This document shows, piece after piece, positions 1-11,400 of a stretch of 64,000 nt of DNA. The notes under the pieces were generated by a model. The model was not told the DNA's origin. It was given only the letters and a program-made list of their open reading frames with translations, and did no database searches. Every line of letters starts with the position of its first letter. The stretch's first letter is position 1. The translations under genes were made by a program, and so were the position numbers. Source of the stretch: Dendrobates tinctorius (taxonomy: Eukaryota); NCBI RefSeq assembly GCF_039654945.1, contig NW_027361863.1, positions 17,298,001 through 17,362,000 on the forward strand. The letters are read 5' to 3'.

Positions 1-1640
1 GCCGGCTTCATCTAGGATCAATGAGACTGCCTCAATTCCTTTGTCGTGTGCAATTGATGTATACAAACTGTTGACATCGAATGTACAAAGGATACTATTG
101 GGTGAAACAGAATTGATAGTACGGATTTTGTTGAGAAAATCTCCTGTGTCTAAAATGAAAGATTTGGTAATATGGGTATATGGTGTTAGCAATTTTTCCA
201 AAAAGATGGATAATGGATTAAGAATTGAATCTGTTGAGGCAACAATAGGACGTCCGGGTGGGTTGTGTAGGTCCTTATGAATTTTAGGAAGAATGTAAAG
301 AACTGGAGTTACTGGATGTTGATTGGTCAGAAATGTTTTAGTTTTTGTATCTATAGTCCTGAGCTGCATGTTTGTTAAGGATACAGTCGATCTTCCTACG
401 TATGTGATATGTAGGATCATTTTGAATTCTTTTGTAGGTGTTAGTATCTGAGAGCTGTCTCCTAATCTCAGTCACATACTGGTTTTTGTTCATGACAACG
501 ATTGCGCCCCCTTTGTCCGCAGGTTTAATGATGATGTTTAAATTCTCTTTTAAGGCAGCTATTGCTTGTTTCTCTGCTGATGGTAAATTATGGCAGACAG
601 GGAGTAGGCCCAAACATTGTTCATGAATGGTTTGTTTGATGTCTCTGTCAAGTAGGTTCACAAAAGTCTCGACAGCGTGGTTCGTCTTGGGTGGCATGAA
701 ACTACTTCGATTTCGTAATCCTAAGGAGTCAATGGAGATAGAAGGGCTAATGTCACGACTATACCTGCAAAGTTGGTCATTTGTGATGATGTACCTTCAA
801 AGTGTACCTTTAGTCTAATGCTCCGATAGAACTGTTGTAGGTCTTTTTCTAGCTGAAAGGCATCCCATCTAGGTGTTGGGCAAAATGAGAGGCCCAAATT
901 GAATACTTTAAGTTCTAAGGGAGAAAGAGATATTAACGACTAGGTTTGGACTCCTACCTGTTGTGATCGGAGGATCATCTGACGATTCTGTTCTCCTCCT
1001 CCTCGACCGCCTTGTTGGCCTGTTCTTTGGCCTAAAAAAGGAACTCTTGAAAGGGATGTTCCACCAGCATCGCTCCCGGAACCAGGTGATGAACCTCCAA
1101 CCGGAGAGGATCCCCCGGAGGCCGTGTAAGCCCCTGGTTGGTGACGGTTCTTGACCGGAAGCGTCTTGGTGCTGAGTCTTCCCATTTATAGACTCTGCTG
1201 TTCAAATAGTCTTCTGTATCGCGTTGGAACTTAGACCTTTTTCTTTCCTCTAAGGTTTTTTGGTGTGTTAGTAGAGCAGCATCCACTTTGTTCTTTAGAG
1301 TGTTGAATTCAGTGTTGTTAAGCGTAGAGGATAATTGAGTCTCTATGGTAGTTATTTTATCCTCGGTTTCCTTTATGGCTTCTTGAAGATATTCGATTGT
1401 GAGTAATATTATATCAAATGAGCATTTATTCAGGATTTTCTGAAAGGTAGCGCAATATTTGGTGTTGTCTGAGAAGAGGGTGGGTCTCAGATGACTGCGA
1501 AGACCACTGGGTATATTCCCTTGTCTGTGATATTCTCCCAATGTTGCACAGTGTAGATCGTAAGCTATGAGTCTCTTCCTTTTTTTTTCCCCTCAGACCC
1601 ATTGATCGTTTGCTCACATGAGTCTCTTTTGACATCTTCT
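1..1640 (-). mobile_element. Penelope-like retroelement (5' part; RT runs off the window start), frameshifted
   Basis: Minus-strand translation gives GLSFCP, IIIKPADKGGAIVVMNK, LYILPKIHK..PPGRPIV and TFDVNSLYTSI, which are Penelope-type RT N-terminal motifs. An upstream coiled-coil-like region lies at 940-1541. Confidence 0.85.
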
Positions 1641-1753
1641 ATGGCGGTAAGATAATTAACTACTTTTTCTTCTTTTAAGGAATTTTTCCTTATTGTTTCA
1701 TTTTTTCATTTTCATTTTTATTTTTTATTTTCTTTCATTCATTTTTCTATATA

Positions 1754-2701
1754 CAGTTGTGGCCAAAAGTATTGACACCCCTGCAATTCTGTCAGATAAT
1801 ACTCAGTTTCTTCCTGAAAATGATTGCAAACACAAATTCTTTGGTATTATTATCTTCATTTAATTTGTCTTAAATGAAAAAACACAAAAAGAATTGTCGT
1901 AAAGCCAAATTGGATATAATTCCACACCAAACATAAAAAGGAGGGTGGACAAAAGCATTGGCACTGTTCGAAAAATCATGTGATGCTTCTCTAATTTGTG
2001 TAATTACCAGCACCTGTAACTTACCTGTGGCACCTAACAGGTGTTGGCAATAACTAACTCACACTTGCAGCCAGTTGACATGGATTAAAGTTGACTCAAC
2101 CTCTGTCCTGTGTCCTTGTGTGTACCACATTGAGCATGGAGAAAAGAAAGAAGACCAAAGAACTGTCTGAGGACTTGAGAAACCAAATTGTGAGGAAGCA
2201 TGATCAATCTCAAGGCTACAAGTCCATCTCCAAAGATCTGAATCTTCCTGTGTCTACCGTGCGCAGTGTCATCAAGAAGTTTAAAGCCCATGGCACTGTG
2301 GCTAACCTCCCTAGATGTGGACGGAAAAGAAAAATTGACAAGAGATTTCAACGCAAGATTGTGCGGATGTTGGATAAAGAACCTCCACTAACATCCAAAC
2401 AAGTTCAAGCTGCCCTGCAGTCCGAGGGTACAACAGTGTCAACCCGTACTATCCGTCGGCGTCTGAATGAAAAGGGACTGTATGGTAGGAGACCCAGGAA
2501 GACCCCACTTCTTACCCCAAGACATAAAAAAGCCAGGCTGGAGTTTGCCAAAACTTACCTGAAAAAGCCTAAAATGTTTTGGAAGAATGTTCTCTGGTCA
2601 GATGAGACAAAAGTAGAGCTTTTTGGGCAAAGGCATCAACATAGAGTTTACAGGAGAAAAAAAGAGGCATTCAAAGAAAGAACACGGTCCCTACAGTCAA
2701 A
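1754..2701 (+). mobile_element. Tc1/mariner DNA transposon, 3'-truncated at an L2 fragment
   Basis: TA followed by CAGTTGTGGCCAAAAGTATT terminus at 1754. Transposase from ATG 2136 (MEKRKKTKELSEDLR..GRKRK..WSDETK) breaks off at ~2700. Confidence 0.9.
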
Positions 2702-3702
2702 CATTGCTGCATGAACCAGTTAACAGTCTAAGTGTGTAAAAGTTCAGACACAGAGGGCTATTAAATGCATAAAGCATGTGAGAACATGATGCGAGGAACC
2801 TGGTTATGGTAAAAAAATTTTGAATGAGCCACACAGGGATATTTAGATTAATGTGTTGAGGCGGTAGGCCAGTCTGAATAAATGCATTTTCAGGGCACGC
2901 TTAAAATTGTGGGGATTGGGGACTAATCGTATTGACCTGGGAAGTGCATTCCAAAGAATTGGTGCAGCACATGTAAAGTCTTGGAGACGGGAGTGGGAGG
3001 TTCTGATTATTGAGGATGCTAACCTCAGGTCATCAGCAGAACGGAGGGCACGGGTAGGGTGGTATACTGAAACAAGGGAGGAGATGTAGGGTGGTGCTGA
3101 GCCATGGAGAGCTTTGTGGGTGAGGGTAATAAGTTTATACTGAATTCTGGAGTGGATGGGTAGCCAGTGTAATGACTGGCACAAGGTAGAGGCATCGGTG
3201 TAACGATTGGTGAGGAATATGATCCTGGCTGCAGCATTCAAGACAGATTGGAGAGGGGAGAGTTTGGTAAGAGGGAGACCGATTAGAAGAGAGTTACAAT
3301 AGTCGAGACGAGAATGAATAAGAGAAACAGTAAGAGTTTTTGCAGAGTCAAAAGTAAGAAAAGGTCGAATTCTAGAAATGTTTTTGAGGTGCAGATGACA
3401 AGAGCGAGCCAGTGATCGAATGTGGGGGGCAAAGGAAAGCTCGGAGTCAAGTATGACCCCAAGACAGCGGGCCTGTTGCTGGGGAGTAATAGTGGAGCCA
3501 CACACAGAAATGGCAGCGTCGGGTATAGGTACATTAGTAGCGGGAGGAAACACAAGGAGTTCAGTCTTTGACAGGTTCAGTTTCAGATATAGTGAGGACA
3601 TAATGTTAGACACAGCGTTTAGACAATCGCCAGTGTTTTCTAGAAAGGCTGGCGTGATGTCAGGAGAAGAAGCGTATAATTGGGTGTCATCAGCATAGAG
3701 AT
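2702..3702 (-). mobile_element. L2-clade LINE fragment (RT C-terminus plus part of 3' UTR)
   Basis: ORF 2843-3613 with [19 protein letters not shown] and LHWLPI; YADDTQLY near 3680-3700. Same family as the copies at 23081 and 27311. Confidence 0.92.
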
Positions 3703-5870
3703 GGTTAGTTATATATATATAGTAGTTATATTCTTGTACATAGGAGCAGTATTATAGTAGTTATATTCTTGTACATAGGGGCCGTACTATAGTAGTTATA
3801 TTCTTGTACATAGGGGCCGTATTATAGTAGTTATATTCTTGTACATAGGAGCAGTATTATAGTAGTTATATTCCTGTACATAGGGGCCGTATTATAGTAG
3901 TTATATTCTTGTACATAGGGAGCAGTATTACAGTAGTTATATTCTTGTACATAGGAGCAGTATTATAGTAGTTATATTCTTGTACATAGGAGCAGTATTA
4001 TAGTAGTTATATTCTTGTACATAGGAGCAGTATTATAGTAGTTATATTCTTGTACATAGGAGCAGTATTATAGTAGATATATTCTTGTACATAGGGGCAG
4101 TATTATAGTAGTTATATTCTTGTACATAGGGGGCAGTATTATAGTAGTTCTATTCTTGTACATAGGAGCAGTATTATAGTAGTTCTATTCTTGTACATAG
4201 GAGCAGTATTATAGTAGTTCTATTCTTGTACATAGGGGCAGTATTATAGTAGTTATATTCTTGTACATAGGAGCAGTATTATAGTAGTTATATTCTTGTA
4301 CATAGGAGCAGTATTATAGTAGTTATACTCTTGTACATAGGGGCCGTATTATAGTAGTTATATTCTTGTACATAGGGGGCAGTATTATAGTAGTTCTATT
4401 CTTGTACATAGGAGCAGTATTATAGTAGTTATATTCCTGTACATAGGGGCCGTATTATAGTAGTTATATTCTTGTACATAGGGAGCAGTATTACAGTAGT
4501 TATATTCTTGTACATAGGAGCAGTATTATAGTAGTTCTATTCTTGTACATAGGAGCAGTATTATAGTAGTTCTATTCTTGTACATAGGGGCAGTATTATA
4601 GTAGTTATATTCTTGTACATAGGAGCAGTATTATAGTAGTTATATTCTTGTACATAGGAGCAGTATTATAGTAGTTATATTCTTGTACATAGGAGCAGTA
4701 TTATAGTAGTTATATTCTTGTACATAGGGGGCAGTATTATAGTAGTTCTATTCTTGTACATAGGAGCAGTATTATAGTAGTTCTATTCTTGTACATAGGA
4801 GCAGTATTATAGTAGTTCTATTCTTGTACATAGGGGCAGTATTATAGTAGTTATATTCTTGTACATAGGAGCAGTATTATAGTAGTTATATTCTTGTACA
4901 TAGGAGCAGTATTATAGTAGTTATATTCTTGTACATAGGGGCCGTATTATAGTAGTTATATTCTTGTACATAGGGGGCAGTATTATAGTAGTTCTATTCT
5001 TGTACATAGGAGCAGTATTATAGTAGTTATATTCCTGTACATAGGGGCCGTATTATAGTAGTTATATTCTTGTACATAGGGAGCAGTATTACAGTAGTTA
5101 TATTCTTGTACATAGGAGCAGTATTATAGTAGTTCTATTCTTGTACATAGGAGCAGTATTATAGTAGTTCTATTCTTGTACATAGGGGCAGTATTATAGT
5201 AGTTATATTCTTGTACATAGGAGCAGTATTATAGTAGTTATATTCTTGTACATAGGAGCAGTATTATAGTAGTTATATTCTTGTACATAGGAGCAGTATT
5301 ATAGTAGTTATATTCCTGTACATAGGAGCAGTATTATAGTAGTTATATTCTTGTACATAGGGGGCAGTATTATAGTAGTTATATTCTTGTACATAGGAGC
5401 AGTATTATAGTAGTTATATTCTTGTACATAGAGAGCAGTATTATAGTAGTTATATTCTTGCACATAGGAGCAGTATTATAGTAGTTATATTCTTGCACAT
5501 AGGAGCAGTATTATAGTAGTTATATTTTTGTACATAGGTGCAGTATTATAGTTATATTCTTGCACATAGGAGCAGTATTATAGTAGTTATATTCCTGTAC
5601 ATAGGAGCAGTATTATAGTAGTTATATTCTTGTACATAGGGGGCAGTATTATAGTAGTTATATTCTTGTACATAGGGGGCAGTATTATAGCAGTTATAGT
5701 CTTGTACATAGGAGCAGTATTATAGTAGTTATATTCTTGTACATAGGGGGCAGTATTATAGCAGTTATAGTCTTGTACATAGTGGCAGTATTATAGTAGT
5801 TATATTCTTGTACATAGGAGCAGTATTATAGTAGTTATATTCTTGTACATAGGAGGCAGTATTATAGTAC
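3703..5870. repeat. 35-bp satellite (ATAGGAGCAGTATTATAGTAGTTATATTCTTGTAC), about 60 copies
   Basis: Direct tandem repeat visible in the sequence. Confidence 0.97.
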
Positions 5871-5915
5871 TATATATATACAGGACAGGAGGAGTAGTAC
5901 TGTGCAGTGTATATA

Positions 5916-7532
5916 CAGTGCCTTGCGAAAGTATTCGGCCCCCTGGAACTTTTAAACCTTTTCCCACATATCATGCTTCAAACATAAAGGTACCAAATGT
6001 AAATTTTTGGTGAAGAATCAACAAGTGGGACATAATTGTGAAGATGAATGAAATTTATTGGTTATTTTAAATTTTTGTGGAAAGTCAAAAACTGTAAAGT
6101 GGGGCGTGCAATATTATTTGGCCCCTTTACTTTCAGTGCAGCAAACTCACTCCAGAAGTTCATTGTGGATCTCTGAATGATCCAATGTTGTCCTAAATGA
6201 CTAATGATGATGAATATAATCCACCTGTGTGTAAGTCTCCGTATAAATGCACCTGCTCTATGATAGTTTCAGGGTTCTGTTTGATGCACAGAGAGCATCA
6301 TGAAGACCAAGGAACACAACAGGCAGGTCCGTGATACTGTTGTGGAGAAGTTTAAAGCCGGATTTGGATACAAAATGATTTCAAAAACTTTAAACATCCC
6401 AAGGAGCACTGTGCAAGCGATCATATTGAAATGGAAGGAGTATCATACCACTGCAAATCTACCAAGACCCGGCCGTCCCTCTAAACTTTCATCTCAAACA
6501 AGGAGAAGACTGATCAGAGATGCAGCCAAGAGGCCCATGATCACTCTGGATGAACTGCAGAGATCTACAGATGAGTTGGGACAGTCTGACCATAGGACAA
6601 CAATCAGTCGTACACTGCACAAATCTGGCCTTTATGGAAGAGTGGCAAGAAGAAAGCCATTTCTCAAAGATATCCATAAAATGTGTCATTTAAAGCTTGC
6701 AACAATCCACCTGGGAGACACACCAAACATGTGGAAGAAGGTGCTCTGGTCAGATGAAACTAAAATCGAACTTTTTGGCAACAATGCCAAACGATATGTT
6801 TGGCGTAAAGGAAACACAGCTCATCACCCTGAACACACCATCCCCACTGACAAGCATGGTGGAGGCAGCATCATGGTTTGGGGCTGCTTTTCTTCAGCAG
6901 GTACAGGGAAGATGGTAAAAATTGATGGGAAGATGGATGGAGCCAAATACAGGACCATTCTTGAAGAAAACCTGTTGGAGTCTGCAAAAGACCTGAGACT
7001 GGGACGGAGATTTGTCTTCCAAGACAATGATCCCAAACGTAAAGCAAAATCTACAATGGAATGGTTCACAAATAAACGTATCCAGGTGTTAGAATGGCCA
7101 AGTCAGAGTCCAGACCTGAATCCAATCGAGAATCTGTGGAAAAAGCTGAAAACTGCTGTTCACAAACGATCTCCATCTAATCTCACTGAGCTCGAGCTGT
7201 TTGCCAAGGAAGAATGGGCGAGAATTTCAGTCTCTCGATGCACAAAACTGATAGAGACATACCCCAAGTGACTTGCAGCTGTAATCGCAGCAAAAGGTGG
7301 CGCAACAAAGTATTAAGTTAAAGGGGCCGAATAATATTGCACGCCCCACTTTTCAGTTTTTTAATTTCCACAAAAATTTAAAATAACCAATAAATTTCGT
7401 TCAACTTCACAGTTGTGTCCTACTTGTTGATTCTTCACCAAAAATTTACATTTGGTATCTTTATGTTTGAAGCAAAATATGTGGGAAAAGGTTGAAAAGT
7501 TCCAGGGGGCCGAATACTTTCGCAAGGCAGTG
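5916..7532 (+). mobile_element. Full-length Tc1 (DD34E) transposon with ~210-bp TIRs and TA TSD
   Basis: TA|CAGTGCCTTGCGAAAGTATTCGGCCCCCTGGAAC ... GTTCCAGGGGGCCGAATACTTTCGCAAGGCAGTG|TA, enclosing a transposase ORF. Confidence 0.97.
6300..7271 (+). CDS. Tc1 transposase, 323 aa, with a premature stop shortly before the normal C-terminus
   Basis: Paired-like HTH, GRP motif, WSDETK / QDNDPK / SPDLNPIE with 34 residues between D and E. After the TGA the frame continues LAAVIAAKGGATKY*. Confidence 0.93.
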   Translation: MKTKEHNRQVRDTVVEKFKAGFGYKMISKTLNIPRSTVQAIILKWKEYHTTANLPRPGRPSKLSSQTRRRLIRDAAKRPMITLDELQRSTDELGQSDHRTTISRTLHKSGLYGRVARRKPFLKDIHKMCHLKLATIHLGDTPNMWKKVLWSDETKIELFGNNAKRYVWRKGNTAHHPEHTIPTDKHGGGSIMVWGCFSSAGTGKMVKIDGKMDGAKYRTILEENLLESAKDLRLGRRFVFQDNDPKRKAKSTMEWFTNKRIQVLEWPSQSPDLNPIENLWKKLKTAVHKRSPSNLTELELFAKEEWARISVSRCTKLIETYPK

Positions 7533-8291
7533 TATACAGGACAGTAGGAGTGGTACTACTTCCTGGTATATAGCATTGTACCCGCTGTGTACGGCCCAAT
7601 GTGCGCAGACCAGTACTGGGCAAACTGGTTTCCTTTCATAGATATTTCCTGCTTCCTGCATACAGTTAGAGACAGCAAGCAACACAAAGAGACAGGCAGC
7701 TACCAAGACAGCAGGAGACAGAGCACAGGAGAACAGAACCCAGGCCAGGAGCAGTCAGCAGCCAGATCAAGAGACAGCAGGAGACAGGCCAAGAAAAGAG
7801 AGGATGAAGAAGTGAAATGTACAGCAGAAGCCACAAAAAGTGACTGCAAGAGATTAATAACAGGCGAACAGACAGCAAGAGACTGTCCAACAAAAGAAAG
7901 GACCAAGGAGATGCCAAATACACAGCAGAAGAAGCTGCAGAAAGAGACTGCAAGAGATTAACAACAGGCGAAGAGACAGCAAGAGACTGTCACTCAAATG
8001 AGAGAACACAGGCAAAGTGAAGCAGTGACAGCAAAAGAAAGACTGTAAAACAGGGCAAGACACAGTCTAACGAGAGAGAGGACCAAACGTCAGACGGCAA
8101 AAAGTAAAATAGGATCAAAAAAATAAAAAAGAGACAGCAAGAGACTGTTACACAGGTAAAGGGACAGCAGGATGAGATACGGATAAAAAGAGACAGTTAG
8201 CGAGAGCAAGGAACAGAAGAGGGTCTTAAGCAAAGAGCCTAACCCAAAGAAGCCCCCCAGAAGCGACATTACATCACTGGAGAGTATAAGG

Positions 8292-8462
8292 ATGAGCGAA
8301 GAGGGGAAAACCAGCGAGACCTCGTCACCCGCCGACGACACGGAACCCAAAATGCCCAGTCACCCCATGTACACGCTGAAGCCGCGACAATCCTTCACCC
8401 CCCAGAACATTGATCCGGAAGTAAAGGAGAAACCTCCTAATGAGGACTACTTCATATTCAGG
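8292..8462 (+). CDS. TPRG1-like coding exon 1
   Basis: ATG 8292; ends DYFIFR|gtaatg. Confidence 0.8.
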
Positions 8463-11400
8463 GTAATGTGGGCATTGTGTGTGGTGGCGCCCCCTATGTG
8501 TAGATGTGCCCTCATTATTGGACATCATGTCCAGGGTTTCTCTCGTTTCCCGTTCACTGTCTATTCCAGTCTCCGATGCGCCGGTCTGACCCCATAAAGG
8601 CAGCATAGTGTTTGGTGGGAGATTAGCGGGAAAAGCCCCCATCATTGCCCATACCCGCTATAGAGCACCTATAGGATCCTGCATATAACGTGCGCTTTAT
8701 TCACTCAGCTCTGCGACATCCAACACCTAACAATTACCCATCATGTGCTGACAATGGCAGGGAATCCACGTGACCCTTTTTTGTTACCCCACAGCCCACA
8801 GTGGTCCAGCAAGCCGTCCACGAAATTCAGAGCCACTTGTCTCCAGAAGAAGACGGGAACACGAGGAGCACCTGGATCCTGGCGCAGTAAGGCTTCCCCG
8901 AGTATCCTCATATCTGCGGTACATTAGACCCAACCTCAGGAATAATATCCCACAACTGCCACCATCACCCCATAGGGGGATATACGATTAATTATTCCCA
9001 TCTCTTCCCTCTTATCACTGTGTCTTGTTATGGAGACTTATGGCCAGGCAATGCTTACTGGGAAAAATATGCAGATTAGCTCTTTTCCAGGAGGCTAAAG
9101 GCTGCCACCTACTGGAGGAATTAGGGACATAGTGAGCCAGCTGTGGTCCTCCTGGAGGAGAGCTCACTGGCATTTGCTGTTGCTTCTCACACTGTCTTCT
9201 TGTCTTGCAGGATGAGTCACTGGGGAACGGAGCGCGAAGTGATCGCTTTTCTCTGCGATAGATCACTACTGATCTGTTACTACGACTTTGTGGAGCTTGG
9301 TAGATCTCACGTGTTTCGTGTCCCCCTGAATTACATCAACACTGTGATATGGGGACCTCTGTCGTATCCCAAGATGGCTCTGAACAAGTAAGTTACCCAA
9401 CTAAGGAAAGAAGTTATCAAACTACTGCAGGGGCGCACTAAGGGTGAGGTGGGGGATGGGTGCTTTGCATCTCTGTACACAGGGAGCTCCCCCTAGTGGT
9501 GACTGCAGTCAGGATCTTATCATGTATCTCTGTATACAGGGAGCTCCCCCTAGTGGTGGCTGCAGATGGAATCTTATCATGTATCTCTGTATACAGGGAG
9601 CTCCCCCTAGTGGTGGCTGCAGTCAGGATCTTATTATGTATCTCTGTATACAGGGAGCTCCCCCTAGTGGAGGCTGCAGACAGGATCTTATGTATCTCTG
9701 TATACAGGGAGCTCCCCCTAGTGGTGGCTGCAGGCAGGATCTTATCATGTATCTCTGTATACAGGGAGCTCCCCCTAGTGGTGGCTGTAGACAGAATCTT
9801 ATCATGTATCTCTATATACAGGGAGCTCCCCCTAGTGGAGGCTGCAGACAGAATCTTATCATGTATCTCTGCATACAGGGAGCTCCCCCTAGTGGTGACT
9901 GCAGACAGGATCTTATCATGTATCTCTTTATACAGGGAGCTCCCCCTAGTGGTGGCTGCAGACAGAATATTATCATGTATCTCTGTAAACAGGGAGCTCC
10001 CCCTAGTGGTAGCTGCAGGCAAACAGAATGTTATCATGCCACTACAGTAAATTACTGTCACGTCGCTGTCAGACTCAGGGCCTGCTGTTCCGGCTTCGGC
10101 CACTAGGAGGGGCCAGACTGGCACGTCACCACCAGACTCGGGGCCTGCTGGTCTGGCTTCGGCCACTAGGAGGCGCCGGACTGACACGTCGCCGCCAGAC
10201 TCGGGGTCTGCTGTTCCGGTCTCGGCCACTAGGAGGCGCCGGACCGTCGCGTCCCCGTTGGACTCGGGGACGGCTGTTCCTGCCTCGGCCACTGGGAGGC
10301 ACCGTGGTTCGCCCCTGGGTGAGGGTGGTGACAGAGAAGAGGCTCCTGCACAGGCATCTGGTGGGCGCAGGCTCTGCCCAGTGGCGTAGCGTGGGGGGGG
10401 CGGAGGGGGCGGTCCGCCCCAGGCGGCACTTGTGTGGGGGCGGCACGGCGCGGCAGCAATTCAATTCCTCTTCTCTGTCACTCTGTGGCCTGTGGGAGAA
10501 CAGCGCGGACTCCGCGGAGGCGCACAGTGCAGGCGCTTTCAAATTCTTCTAGTACCTGGCTTGCTGGACTGGAGCCTCGGCTGCTGTCCGCTCCTGAGCC
10601 GGTGCTGGGCGGTGGGCGCACTCAGAGACCCGTCTGCTCCTGGAGGAGGTGTTCGCGCTGAGCCGGCGCAGCAGGACTCAGAGCGGATCCCGGGAGGGAC
10701 ACAGGAACCGGTGAGTGAGGGGGACGGCGGGAAGCGCTGCCGGGTTGCCCGTGATATCTGTGAGGGGAGGACGAGGGAGACACGTGACCTGCCTGCGGCC
10801 TGCCACACACCGCCCGGTCAACCTGGTCCTTGACAGCCTCAGGCCTTGAGTCCTAGAGATTGACGAATGCTGAAGTTGGTTTCTTATTTGGCTATTTTTT
10901 ATTTTCTGTTTTTTTCAGGTTTTTCAATAAAAATAAAAGTATATAATAAATATGCAATCATGTGTCCTTTTGTGAATACACTTAAAAACAGATAAAAAAA
11001 ATTAGAAGGCTGGCACAGAAATGGGCATCAAAGTGGGCTATGAGGTATGGTATTGAAGGGGTTAAATGGCTTTGTGCCACTGATCTGACACGTGATTTAC
11101 ATACCTTGTGATGCCACACATGAAATTCATGTCAATCCAGCCTGGCACAAATGGGTTATGGCCTTCAAAACTGGCATCAAAGTGGGCAGAGAACCAATTT
11201 TCACACATGTGAATAAGTAACAGCTAAATTTAAGGGGTTAAATGGCTTTGGGCCACTGATCTAACACCTGAACTGGCATCAAAGTTCTGATGCCCAGAAC
11301 CCATTTGTGCCAGGCTGGAGTGACATGAATTTCATGTGGGGCATCACTAGGTATGTATATCAGGTGTTAGATCAGTGGCCCAAAGCCATTTAACCCCTTC

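Noticed and set aside
3703-5870. CRISPR-like regular ~35-bp repeats (also at 16.5, 34.5 and 55.4 kb)
   Set aside because: Head-to-tail units without unique spacers, no cas genes, vertebrate context.
9438-10292. 196-284-aa repetitive ORFs on both strands
   Set aside because: 57-bp and 63-bp units are multiples of 3, so frames stay open; they lie in an intron.
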